A stretch of DNA of 64,000 nucleotides from Camelus dromedarius (Eukaryota). The translations under genes and the position numbers were made by a program. Numbering within the stretch: position 1 is the stretch's first letter; each line of letters begins with the position of its first letter. This document shows positions 26,273-36,929 of this stretch, in pieces. The notes below the pieces were generated by a model, which was not told the origin of the DNA, did not search any database, and worked only from the letters and a program-made list of their open reading frames with translations. Location: NCBI RefSeq assembly GCF_036321535.1, contig NC_087436.1:114020001-114084000 (forward strand). The letters are read 5' to 3'.

Positions 26273-28600
26273 TAGCCATGACTCAATTTATTGTGCTTTG
26301 CTTTATTGTGTTTTGCACATGTTGCAGTTTTAACTAACTGAAAGTTTGTGGCAACCCTGCTTCAAATTGGAGTGGTCCAGTGTCCAACAACATTTTCTCA
26401 TTTCATGTTTCTGTGTCACATTTTGGTAATGCTCAAAATATTTCAAGCTTTTTCATTATTACTATCTTTGCTATGGTGAACTGTGATCAGTGATCTTTGA
26501 TGTTATTATTGTAACCAGTCCATGCAAGACAGCTAACCAAATCTACAAATGTGTGTGTTCTTACTGCTCCATGTACCCACCATTCCCTCATCTTTCTCCC
26601 TCTCCTGGGGCCCCCCTATTCTCTGGGACACAACAATTCTGAAATTATGCCAATTAATAACCCTACCATGGCCTTTAAGTGTTCACCATATGGAATAGTC
26701 CCAAATCTCTCACTTTAAATTAAAAACTAGAAAGGATTGAGTGTAGTGAAGAAGGCACGTGGAAAGCTGAGCTAGGCCAAAAGCTGCACCAAACAGCCAA
26801 ACTGTGATTGCACAGGAAGAGTTCTTGAAAAAAAAAAAAAAGAAGAAGAAGAAAATGAAACTGCCTTATTGCTGATCTGGAGAAAGTTTTAGTGATCTGG
26901 GTAGATGATCAAACCACCCACAGCACTCTCTTAAGCTAAAGCCTAATTCAGAGCAAGACCCTAAGTCTCTTCAATTCTGTGAAGGCTGAGAGAGGTGAGG
27001 AAGCTGCAGAGAAACAGCCTGAAGCTAGCAGAGGCTGGGTCATATGGTTTAAGGAAATGAGCCATCTTCATAACATAAAAGCGCAAGGTGAAGTAGCAAG
27101 TGGTGATGGAGAAGTTGCAGCAGGTCATCCAGAAGATCTAGTTAAGACAATGAAGGTGGCTACACTAAAGAACAGACAGTTTTGTTCAGTGTAGACAAAA
27201 CAGCCTTATGCTGAAGGAGGATAACATCTAAAATGTCATAGCTAGAGAGGAGAAGCCAGTGCCAGGCTTCAGTGCTTCAAAGGACGGTCTGGGGCTAATG
27301 CAGTTGATGATTTTAAGTTGAAGTCAGTAATCATTTTCCATTCCAAAAATCCTAGGCTCCTTAAGAAGTATGCTAAATCTTCTCTGCCTGTGCTCTATAA
27401 ATGGAACAGCAAAGCCCAGACAACAACACATTTGTTTACAACATGGTTTACTAAATATTTGAAGCCTGCCGTTGATTCCTACTGCTCAGACAAAAAAAAA
27501 AAAAAAAAAAAAAGAAAAGAAAGAAAAGATTCCTTTCAAAATATGACTGCTCACAGGTAATGTACCTGGTCACACACAAGAGCTCTGATGGAGACGTACA
27601 AAGATATCGATATTGTTTTCATGCTTCCTCACACAACAACCATTCTGCAGCCATGGATCATGTCTTATTATTTAAGAACTACATTTTGTCAGACTGTAGT
27701 GCCCATAGATAGCGATTCCTCCAATGGCTCTGGGCAAAGTAAATTGAAAACCTCTGGAAAGGATTCACCATTCTATTTGCCATAAAGAACATTCATAGTT
27801 CATAGGAAGAATTCAGACTACCAACTTTGGCAGGATTTTGGAAAAAAATTGATTCCAGCCATCGTGAATGACTTGGAGTGTTTCAAGACCTCAGTGGTGG
27901 AAGTAACTGTAGGTGTGATGGAAACAGCAAGAGAACTAGAATTAGAAGTGGAGCTTAGCGATTTGACTGGATTGTTGCCATATCACGATAAAATTTGAAT
28001 GAATGAGGAGTTGCTTCTTATGGGTATGCAAAGAAAGTGCTTTCTTAAGTGGAATTTATTTCTGGTGAAGATGCTGTGAAGATTGTTGAAATGACAACAA
28101 AAGATTTAGAATATCACATAAACTTAGTTAATAAAGCAGCACCAGAATTTGAGAGGATTGACACCAATTTTAAAAGAAGTTCTACTGTGGGTAAAATGCT
28201 GTCAAACAGCATTGAGAAATCATTTGTGAAAGGAAAAGTCAATCAATAGGGCAAACTTCATGGTTGTCTTATTGTAAGAAATCACCGCAGTCACACCAGC
28301 CTTTCAGAAACCACCATCCTGATCAGTCAGCACCATCAACTTCAAGGCAAGACCCTCCACCAGCAAAAAGATTACAACGTGCCAAAGGCTCAGATGATGG
28401 TTAGCATATTTTAGCAATAAAGTATTTTTATTATCGTATTTTAGACATAATGCTATTATATACTTAATAGACTACAGTGTAGTGTAAGAATAACTTTTGT
28501 ATGCACTGGAAACCAAAAAAAAATTTTGTATGACTCACTTTATTTTGACATTTGCTTAATTTTGGTGGTCTGGGACCAAACCCACAGTATCCCTGAGGCT
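26273..28600 (+). mobile_element. Tigger1 DNA transposon, near full length, transposase disrupted
   Basis: 5' end 'ttattgtgctttgctttattgtg...aagtttgtggcaaccctgc' and 3' end 'ggtggtctgggaccaaacccacagtatccctgagg'. ORF-track fragments (KAERGEEAAEK..EASRGW..FKE..HLHNIK.QGE.AS.D; HSKNPR.LK.YAKS.LPVLYKWNSKA) are Tigger1 transposase pieces split by frameshifts and stops. Confidence 0.92.
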
Positions 28601-29684
28601 AATTGCTTCAGAAGCTCACTTGGCTATCCCAGATGCTCCCTTGGCTAGTGGCTTTGAATCCCATTAATTACCACTTTGCAAATATTTTGCACTCCTTTAG
28701 TGAAAGGAATCCAGGTTTCACATTCTGAGTGCCTCCCTGTATTTTCTGAGCTGTAGAAAGGGATATGTTAATGAGATCATATTTAAAATTCACCCCAGTG
28801 GAGCTTGAAGATCCTTGCTGTGAAAGATGTACTGAGATGTTTGCTATAACCCACACTAAGTCCTTTCTTAAGACTTAAGGACTTTGTTACAGTGAGGGAT
28901 GCTTTATTTGAGGAAGATGGTCTGGCTGTGGGATCACTGGAGAATTAGTTTTGGCCCCGGGGGGTAGTAGGCATGTTATTAGAGCTTTGATGCTGGCACA
29001 CAGAGTTATGCCTGAAGCTCTCACACATTTCTCTTGCTTCTAGGGGAGCCACATCTCTAGCTGATTCAATCCCATCAGCTGCTTCTTTTTGTTTTTCTCT
29101 CGAGATGAGCTGGTGTGCAGATAACACCATTTAAACACACTTGACAGTTTAAATTCCTCCTGGGTTTTTGTTTTCGGTCCTAGTGTTATAAAATTTGCCA
29201 ACCGCATTATGGACTTTGTTCATCAAGTTGGTAGAGCGTGCTGTACCTATTTTATAGATGGTAAGAATGAAACTGATTAAGTGGCTTGTCACGTTGCGTA
29301 ATAAATTATGCTGCTTAAAGCATTACCAGCTTTACACCAGTCTGGGTGGAGGCACCAACTTGTCTCTGTTCTGAGAGAAATCACTAGAGCAATTCGAATC
29401 TCTTAAGTTGAATACAAGTGGATGCTCATTGATACGTGCGGCTGGCACTGAGACAGGGCTCAGTACATTTGCGAACGAGAGAAGGAGCCTCCTGAAAAGA
29501 AAAGGGTCTAGATTCCGACCTCTTTCTCTTTTAAGGGCCACTATCTAAGAGCATCTCTGATGAATGATGATGGTCAGAATTCAAAGTTGCTAGTGATAAA
29601 AAACACCAAAGAACACCAAGGGGAAATTATCATGGAGAGAAGCAGTTAAACAAGTAATCTGAAAACACCACCAACTAAACTGGT

Positions 29685-29914
29685 AATACCTGATAGGAAT
29701 ATACTGCAAATCACATATGTAATTCTAATTTTCTAGTTGCCACATTTTAAAAAAGTAGGAAGAAACATGTGCTTAATTTTAATACTATATCTTATTCAAC
29801 ATAATATACTACAAATATTATCATCTCAATAAATAAATAATATAAAAATTATTGATCGGATATTTTTATATTCATTTTTATTTGTTAAATCTTGAAATCA
29901 AGTCTGTATTTTCT
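29685..29914. mobile_element. MER33 (hAT-Charlie), left part, interrupted by an L1
   Basis: 'tcacatatgtaattctaattttctagttgccacatttt...aatattatcatctcaa...cttgaaatcaagtctgtatttt'. Confidence 0.8.
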
Positions 29915-30615
29915 TTTTTTATTGATGTATAGTTGATTTACAATATGGTGTTACTTTTAGGTGTACAGGAAAGTGATTCAGTTATATATATATTTTTTCA
30001 GATTGTTTTCCATTAAAGGATTATTACATCATATTGACTATAGTTTCCTGTGCTATACTATAAATATTTGTTGCTTATCTATTTTATGTATAGTATATTG
30101 CATCTGTTAATCCCATACTCCTAATTTACCCCTCCCCAACTTCCTTTCCCCTTTAGTAACCATGAGTTTGTTTTCCATGTCTTTGAGTCTGTTTCTGTTT
30201 TGTATACAGATTTATTTGTTTTATTTTTTAGAGTCCACAAATGAGTAATATAATATGATACTTGTTTTTCTCTGATTTATTTCACTTAGTACGATATTCT
30301 CTGGAACCATCCATGTGGTGCAAATGGCAATATTTCTTTTTTGGGGGGATGAGTAATATTCCATTGTGTATATACCACATCTTAAATCAATCATCTGATG
30401 GGCACTTGGGTTGTTTCAATGTCTTTTCTTTTGTAAATAGTGCTGCTATATTTGAACATTTTTTTGAATTAGAATTTTCATCTTTTAAGATATATACCCA
30501 GGAATAGGATTGCTGGATCATATGGTAGCTCTATTTTTAGTTTTTTAAGGAAACTCCATACTGTTTTCCATAGTGGCTGCACCAATTTACATTCTCACCA
30601 ACAGTGTGGGAGGGA
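29915..30615 (-). mobile_element. 5'-truncated L1 with cetartiodactyl-type 3' UTR and 10-bp TSD tgtattttct
   Basis: Poly-T start, 'aagtgattcagttatatata...ttcctgtgctatac', 'ggattgctggatcatatggtagctctatttttag'. TSD at 29905-29914 and 30616-30625. Confidence 0.9.
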
Positions 30616-30700
30616 TGTATTTTCTGTAAGTGCACCTCTGTCTGGACTAGCTACATTTCAAGTGCTCTAGTTCACAGGTGGCCACCACATTGGATAGGTC
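30616..30700. mobile_element. MER33, right part
   Basis: 'gcacctctgtctggactagctacatttcaagtgctc...ccacattggatag' continues the consensus from the point where the L1 interrupts it. Confidence 0.75.
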
Positions 30701-33374
30701 ATGAAAGAAAAGAAATGCCGTCTAAGCAGCTACTGCCATGCTTTAGAACCACGAGCATGTGAGTGCAAGCTAGAGAGCCACAACCACGAAATGCTGCTGG
30801 TTCTTCCTCAGGGACACAAAGAGTAGTGAGGCACCAGGGAGCAGCAAAAGAATCACAACACCATGTGATGGGCCACAGAAGGACTGATCATTTTGCTTTA
30901 TTCTCTCTCTCTGTTGTATGGAGATACAGTTAATCCCATGCTTCTTGGCCAGTTGGTGTAGGAGGAAGAAGAAGAACTCAGGAGAGAATTTGAACTTGTG
31001 GCAAACTAAAGCAAAGGAGACTTCAGCCAAGAGCCTGAAGAACAAGAGAAATATAATATATTTTGTCTGGAAACCTGTGAAGTGGGTCTGATCAGTCACA
31101 ATTATTTAGTGGTGTGTCAGCCTTTCCCTCCTAATACCTCATGAGCACCTTGAGGGGAGGAATTAGGGTTTACCCTTTTCTAATAGTCCCTGAGCCTTAT
31201 GCAGCAGAACAATTGAGTAAGCAGGGTAAACGTGGTCTTCTTCAGTCTCTTCCCAGCATCTGAAAAGGAATCAGCACAGAGTGGTATATGTGTAAAAAAG
31301 AAAAAAAAGCTGGTAAAAGCCTGGGCAGGAGGACCTGTGCTTTCTCCCTCTCCAAAGGCAGCTCTCCTCCTTACAAAACGGGCATAACCAGAAACCTTAT
31401 TCTGCACATGTCTCAAGCAAATTTCAGTGGGTGTTGCCATCTTTATCTTCCTTACTAAATCAGTGAGAAGAAAAAATACATGAAAAATAGTAGGAATAAA
31501 AAATGTTACATTTGCATAGTGTTTTAAATTATATCAAAGCGTTTCATATGCAAATCTCATTTAAATTTACACATTTTACTTGATTCAGAAAGGGTAATTC
31601 ACTTGTTTCAGTCAAGTCACTAACAAGTCATTCAACTGGAAATTGAACCTGAAGTGTCTGACTCCAAATCCAGCTCTGCTTCCATCCTCCTGCCCATCCA
31701 GATGCAGGACTGGACTCCAGATGCAGAACCACACTGTGCTGACAATAAAACGCCCTAGACAAATGCATGATATTCCCATCATGTCGTTATCAGGAGGGGC
31801 CCTGACTAAGAAAATGTCATCATTATTTGAAACTGCCTTTGACCTATCTTTACATATATTAAATACGACTATTGACCCATCAGAAAACCCAGAGTGGTTC
31901 TAAATAAAGATTTTCATTTTCCAAGTTGTACCATGACAGTTTGTCTTCCAGAATAAAATGACTTCTTTGGAAGCAGGGGAGAATTGATTTCTTAAATCTG
32001 ACCCAGGCGTCAGATTGGTGTGCTTTATTGTGTGAGTCTAACTGAACGTTTTCTTAGCAGGATCTCCTGCTACTAAAGCAAGTGGATTTTACACAATTTA
32101 TTTATCAAAGCAATGGGGGGAAATAGGCCAGACCACACACATGGCTTAGAAAACAATGTAAATACATTTTTGTTCAGTAAACAATTAAGAAAGGAAAATA
32201 ATTTCCTCCCAAGCCAACAGAAAGTAGAAAAAGATAAACATTTGTTCTTGCCAAATTCAGTCTGAATTATTTATTACCTGCTACAGATTAGGGTATGCTA
32301 ATAATATTGTAAGAAGCAGCAAAATTCTGATACTTTCTCAAGAAATTGTAAATATCAGTAAATTATCACACATCAGCCATGGCAAGGAGTGAGTTGTGAC
32401 CTTTATTATACTTCCCTAGGTTCTGCATTTGGAGGAAAAAAATCTTAACACTTCTCAATATACTGTTGAAAAAAGATACGTAGAGTCGAAGCCCAAAGAT
32501 CTGGCATCATCTTAGCAAATCACTGAAACTTTCTGAGCTCCCTTCCCTCATTGCTAAGCAGGTAATGTCTACTTCATAGGGTGGCAATGAGAATGAAGTG
32601 AGCTTACAGAAGTGAATGTCCAAGTGCAATACCTAATCCAGAGTAGAAACACCCACAGATAACTGATCCCTAGTGAAAACACACATTCATAAATACCATT
32701 TTTCTTATTTAAATATGATTAAGAAATAGGTATTTAATGTCTGCTAACATGATATCATAACTGGTTCAACACTGTACTTGAAAGAATTTAACAGGAATAC
32801 AGCAATCACTCATTTATTCTTTTACTCTCATAGGCATTAAATAAAGATTTAATTTATTACTCACTGTGTATGAGGTACTTTACTAGACCCTGAATATATA
32901 CTAATCAGCAATGCAGACAATAAATCAGTCCCCCATAGTCTACAACCTATAGGCTACCATATGGGGGTGAGGGTAGGAGTGGTAAATGGTATACAAAAAG
33001 GGCCTTGGCTTCCTAAAATGAGAGTGATGATTTTAACATCCACTTTGAACAGCAAAGGTTGTTCTGTGGAAGGATGTTTAAGCCATCTCCAACACTCCAG
33101 CTGGCAGTTGCAGAGTACCAGGCTGAGCTACAGAGAGAGCTGCAGTGTCTGACAGCATTCACCTTCAACTAGCCCAGTAGGTAAGCTGCTGCTTTATGTG
33201 GCATGTTAAGGAGAAGCTACAGTTCACTGGCAATCAAATTATAAATATATAAATATATATATACTGAAACTGTTCTTCAAGTGTTAGCAAAAGGAAAGTC
33301 TAGTATCTCACTTTTATTAATAATAAAGACTGTAGCAAACAGCAGATGCCCCAAAACACAGTGATCAAGATAAA

Positions 33375-33951
33375 TTCTGGACAAAGATGGATTTTTAAAT
33401 AAATGGTGCTAGGAGAGTTGGGTAGCCATTTGAAAAAAAAAAGTGAAAATTAGATTCATATCTCACACTATACACAAGAATCAACACTAAATGGCTAAAA
33501 ATTTAAGTATAAAATATAAAACCATACATGTACTATATGAGTGAATTCCTCTTTAATTTCAGAGTAGGAAAGACTTGGTAATTATGACTTAAAATGTAGA
33601 GGCAATAAAGTCTGATAAAGCTGACTACAGAAAAATTTGTAAAAACTCATGACACAAAACACCATAAAAATCAAGAGAACTAAAAAATAGTGAGACAATA
33701 TTTGTAATGTGTGCCATATACAAAGGCTTAAGATTCCTAATAAATAAGGAATTCTTAAAACTTCCGAGACAAAAAATGGTGGAAAAACAGAAAAAAAAAT
33801 ATAAACAGATAACTCACAAAAACATATACATATAATAGCCCTCAAACATATAAAAATATTCAAATTAACTCATAATTAAAGAAATACAAGTTATAACAAC
33901 ACTGGGGTATCATTTCTCACCTTTCAGATTGACAAAGATTTAAAAGTAGGA
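33375..33951 (+). mobile_element. Old L1 (L1MC-like) ORF2 3' region, outer element, left part
   Basis: 'aataaatggtgctaggagagttgggtagccatttg...ctcacactatacacaagaatcaac...catttctcacctttcagattgacaaagatt'. Confidence 0.8.
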
Positions 33952-35504
33952 AAACAAAAGGTGCTGGGACAACTGGACATCCACATGCTAAAGATGAATC
34001 TAGACACAAACATTATGCCCTTCAAAAAAATTAACTCCAAACAGATCATAAACATAAGTGTAAAATGCAAAACTGTGAGGCTCTTAGAAGGTAATATAGG
34101 AGAAAGTCTACATGACCTTGGATATGCTGATGACTTTTTGGATACAACATCAAAGGCATGACCCATGAAAGAAATAATTGATAAGCTGAACTTTATTAAA
34201 TTAAAAATGTCTGCTCTGTGAAAGACATTATAAAGAGAATGAGAAGACAAGCCACAGACTGGGAGGAAGTATTTGTAAAAGACATCTGATAAAGGATTGT
34301 CTTTCCTTTACACATAGAAATTAGAAAGTCTTTCCTACTCTGAAGTTAAAGAGGCGATCGCCCATATACTGCTTGTATGCTTTCACTTTTTATATTTAGA
34401 TTCTTAAATAAGAGAGAATTCTTAAATAAGAAATATAAAAAGAGTATACAAGGAACTCTTAAATAGGAAAACAAAAAAGCTCAATTTAAAAATGGGTGAG
34501 AGATTTGAACAGACACTATACCAGAGAAGACACAGAGATGGTAAATAAGTATATGAAAGATGTTCAGCATCATATGTTATTAGGGGATTTCAAATTGCAA
34601 CAATGAGATGCCACTATACTCCTACTAAAACGGCTAAAATCCGAAACACTGACAACATCAAATGCTTGCAGATGAGGATGTGGGGCAATAGGAACTCTCA
34701 TTCATTGCTGGAGGCAATGCAAAAAAACATGACCACTTTGAAAGACAGTTTTTAACAAAACTAAACATAGTCTTAACATACGATTCAGCAATCACATCCC
34801 TTGGTATTTAGCCAAAGGAATTGAAAACTAACATCCACGCAACAACCTGGACACAGATGTTTATAGTAGCTTCATTCATAATTGCCAAAACTTGGAAGCA
34901 ACCAAGATGTCCTTTAGCAAGTGAATGGATAATAAAACTGTAACACATCCAGACAATGCTCTATTACTCAGGGCTCAAAAGAAATGAGCTACTAAGCCAT
35001 GAAAACACGTGGAGGAACATTAAACACATATTACTAAGTAAAAGAAGCCAATCTGAAAAAAACAAAACAAAACTGCATACTGTGTGATTCAAACTAAATG
35101 ACTTTCTGAAAAAGGCCAAACTATGGAGACAGTAAAAGGACCAGTGGTTGCCAGGGTTTAGGGAAGAGGGAGGGATGAATAGGCAGAGTGTGGAGAATTT
35201 ATAGGGCTGTGAATCTATCCTATGTGATAGTATAATGGTAGGTACATGTCATTAAGCATTTGTCAAAACCCATACAAGCACAACACCAAGGGTAAACTCC
35301 AGTGAAAACCACGGACTTTGGTTGATTACGATGTGTCAAGGAAGGTTCATTAGTTGTAGCAAGTGTACCACTCTGGTGGAGGATGCTGATAGCGAGGGAG
35401 GCTGTGTATATATGGGGCAGGGAATATATGGAAACTCTCTACTTGCCACTCAGTTTTTCTGTGAACCTAAAACTACCCTAAAAAGTAAGTTCTATTTACC
35501 AAAT
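33952..35504 (+). mobile_element. L1MC1/2-like element nested in the older L1, apparent 9-bp TSD aaagtagga
   Basis: ORF2-like 33961-34161 (VRLLEGNIGESLHDLGYADDFLDTT); 3' UTR 'ggactttggttgattacgatgtgtcaa...tgtaccactctggtgg...ctgtgaacctaaaac'. TSD at 33943-33951 and 35505-35513. Confidence 0.85.
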
Positions 35505-36570
35505 AAAGTAGGATAGCATATCCTGTTAGCATACCTGTGAGGTAACACATTCTCTTCAAACATTACTGGCCGACACAGAAACCAACACAACCCATCTGGA
35601 GGGGAGTTTATTAAGACCCAACAAAACTACCATTCACTCATCTTTTGACCCCACAATTCCACTCCCAGGAATTGACAGAATGAAGCACATAGATGTGCAA
35701 GGGTATTCACTGCAGCACTGTTTGTTATTACAAAATATTAGAAATGACCTAAATACTTACAAAGAAGAATTATTGACAAAAAATATACATCTACACACTG
35801 GAATAATATGTAGTTATAACAAAAATAAAGGAAGATCTTTTCAACAAATTTGATTTTCAGAATATACTGTCAAGTGAAAAGTACAAAAGTTTGTCTACAG
35901 TAAGCTACCCTTTATGTAAGAAAAAAGAGGACATAAGAAAATGCACACATACACACACACAAACACAATTTTGCAAAAGATATACAGGAAGGATAAATCA
36001 AAAACTAAAGAGACTGGTTCCATGCAGAGGATAGATAGGAAAAGGCTGAACAGCATGGAACAGAAATAGGTAGTAGGGATAAGGAGAAGGGGACAGCTCT
36101 TGGTATAGCTCCAACTCTTAGAATCACAGGAATATGTAACAAACACCCAAAATAAATAATTAAAATCAACCAGAATGCAAAGAATCCAAAGTGGAATAGA
36201 AACAATATCAAATGAACTTAATTGCATTACAACAAATAAAAAAAAAAAATGAAGAGTTTGAGAAAGCAAAGAACTAGCCTAAAAAACTTTGAAAAACTGA
36301 AATTTGGATGATATACTTAGTAAAGTGAAAGACAATAAGAACTCTACACAAATACTGCAATTTAGTTAGTAAATTTCTCACAGGGATACAGGTTAGCAGT
36401 TTTGAAACTGCTTTATATGTGTAATAGGACTATAAGAATTATATCTTGTATACAATAAGAACCAGATTTCTTTCAGTCATAGAATGAAGGATCGGGTACA
36501 TGGTACTTCTTTGTATTATTTTTGTAATTTTCTATGAATCTGTAATTATTTCCAAAAATTAAAAATAAAA
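35505..36570 (+). mobile_element. Outer old L1 (L1MC4-like), right part including 3' UTR
   Basis: Resumes the L1 consensus ('ttttgaccccacaattccactcccaggaatt', 'gggtattcactgcagcactgtttgt') and ends 'ttctatgaatctgtaattatttccaaaaattaaaaataaaa'. Confidence 0.75.
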
Positions 36571-36861
36571 ATGACAAAGGCAGCAAGGTGCTCTAAGGAC
36601 AGGTTGTAATGTTCATTCTGATTAGTCCAAGGGGTTCCAAATTATTTATAACAAGTCATGCTTGCTTCTGTGTGTGTTGGGGGTGTGTATACACACTTGC
36701 AAATATGCATAAGTAGATATAAATAGAAAGATGATAATTTCAAAAGAGATTTTAAGAGATTTTTTCCTGTAGCTTATTTTTCTACCATGAACATATGTTA
36801 TTTTTAATAAGAAAAAAGAGAAGAATTTTTAAGAATGCTAGAGAAGAATTTAGGAATTATT

Positions 36862-36929
36862 TCTCTACACTGGAATTTGACACAACATTGTAAAATGACT
36901 GTAACTCAATAAAAAAATGTTTTAAAAAA
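36862..36929 (+). mobile_element. Extreme 3' tail of the young L1 family
   Basis: Nearly identical to about 60957-61020 (ctctacactggaatttgacacaacattgtaaaatgactgtaactcaataaaaaaatgtt). Confidence 0.85.

Noticed and set aside
26979..28249. Possible TIGD1-like gene
   Set aside because: The transposase is split by multiple stops and frameshifts inside a full transposon context, so it is a decayed Tigger1, not a gene.
31510..31556. Paired octamer motifs
   Set aside because: They lie in MIR-like AT-rich sequence, and several octamers are expected by chance in 64 kb.
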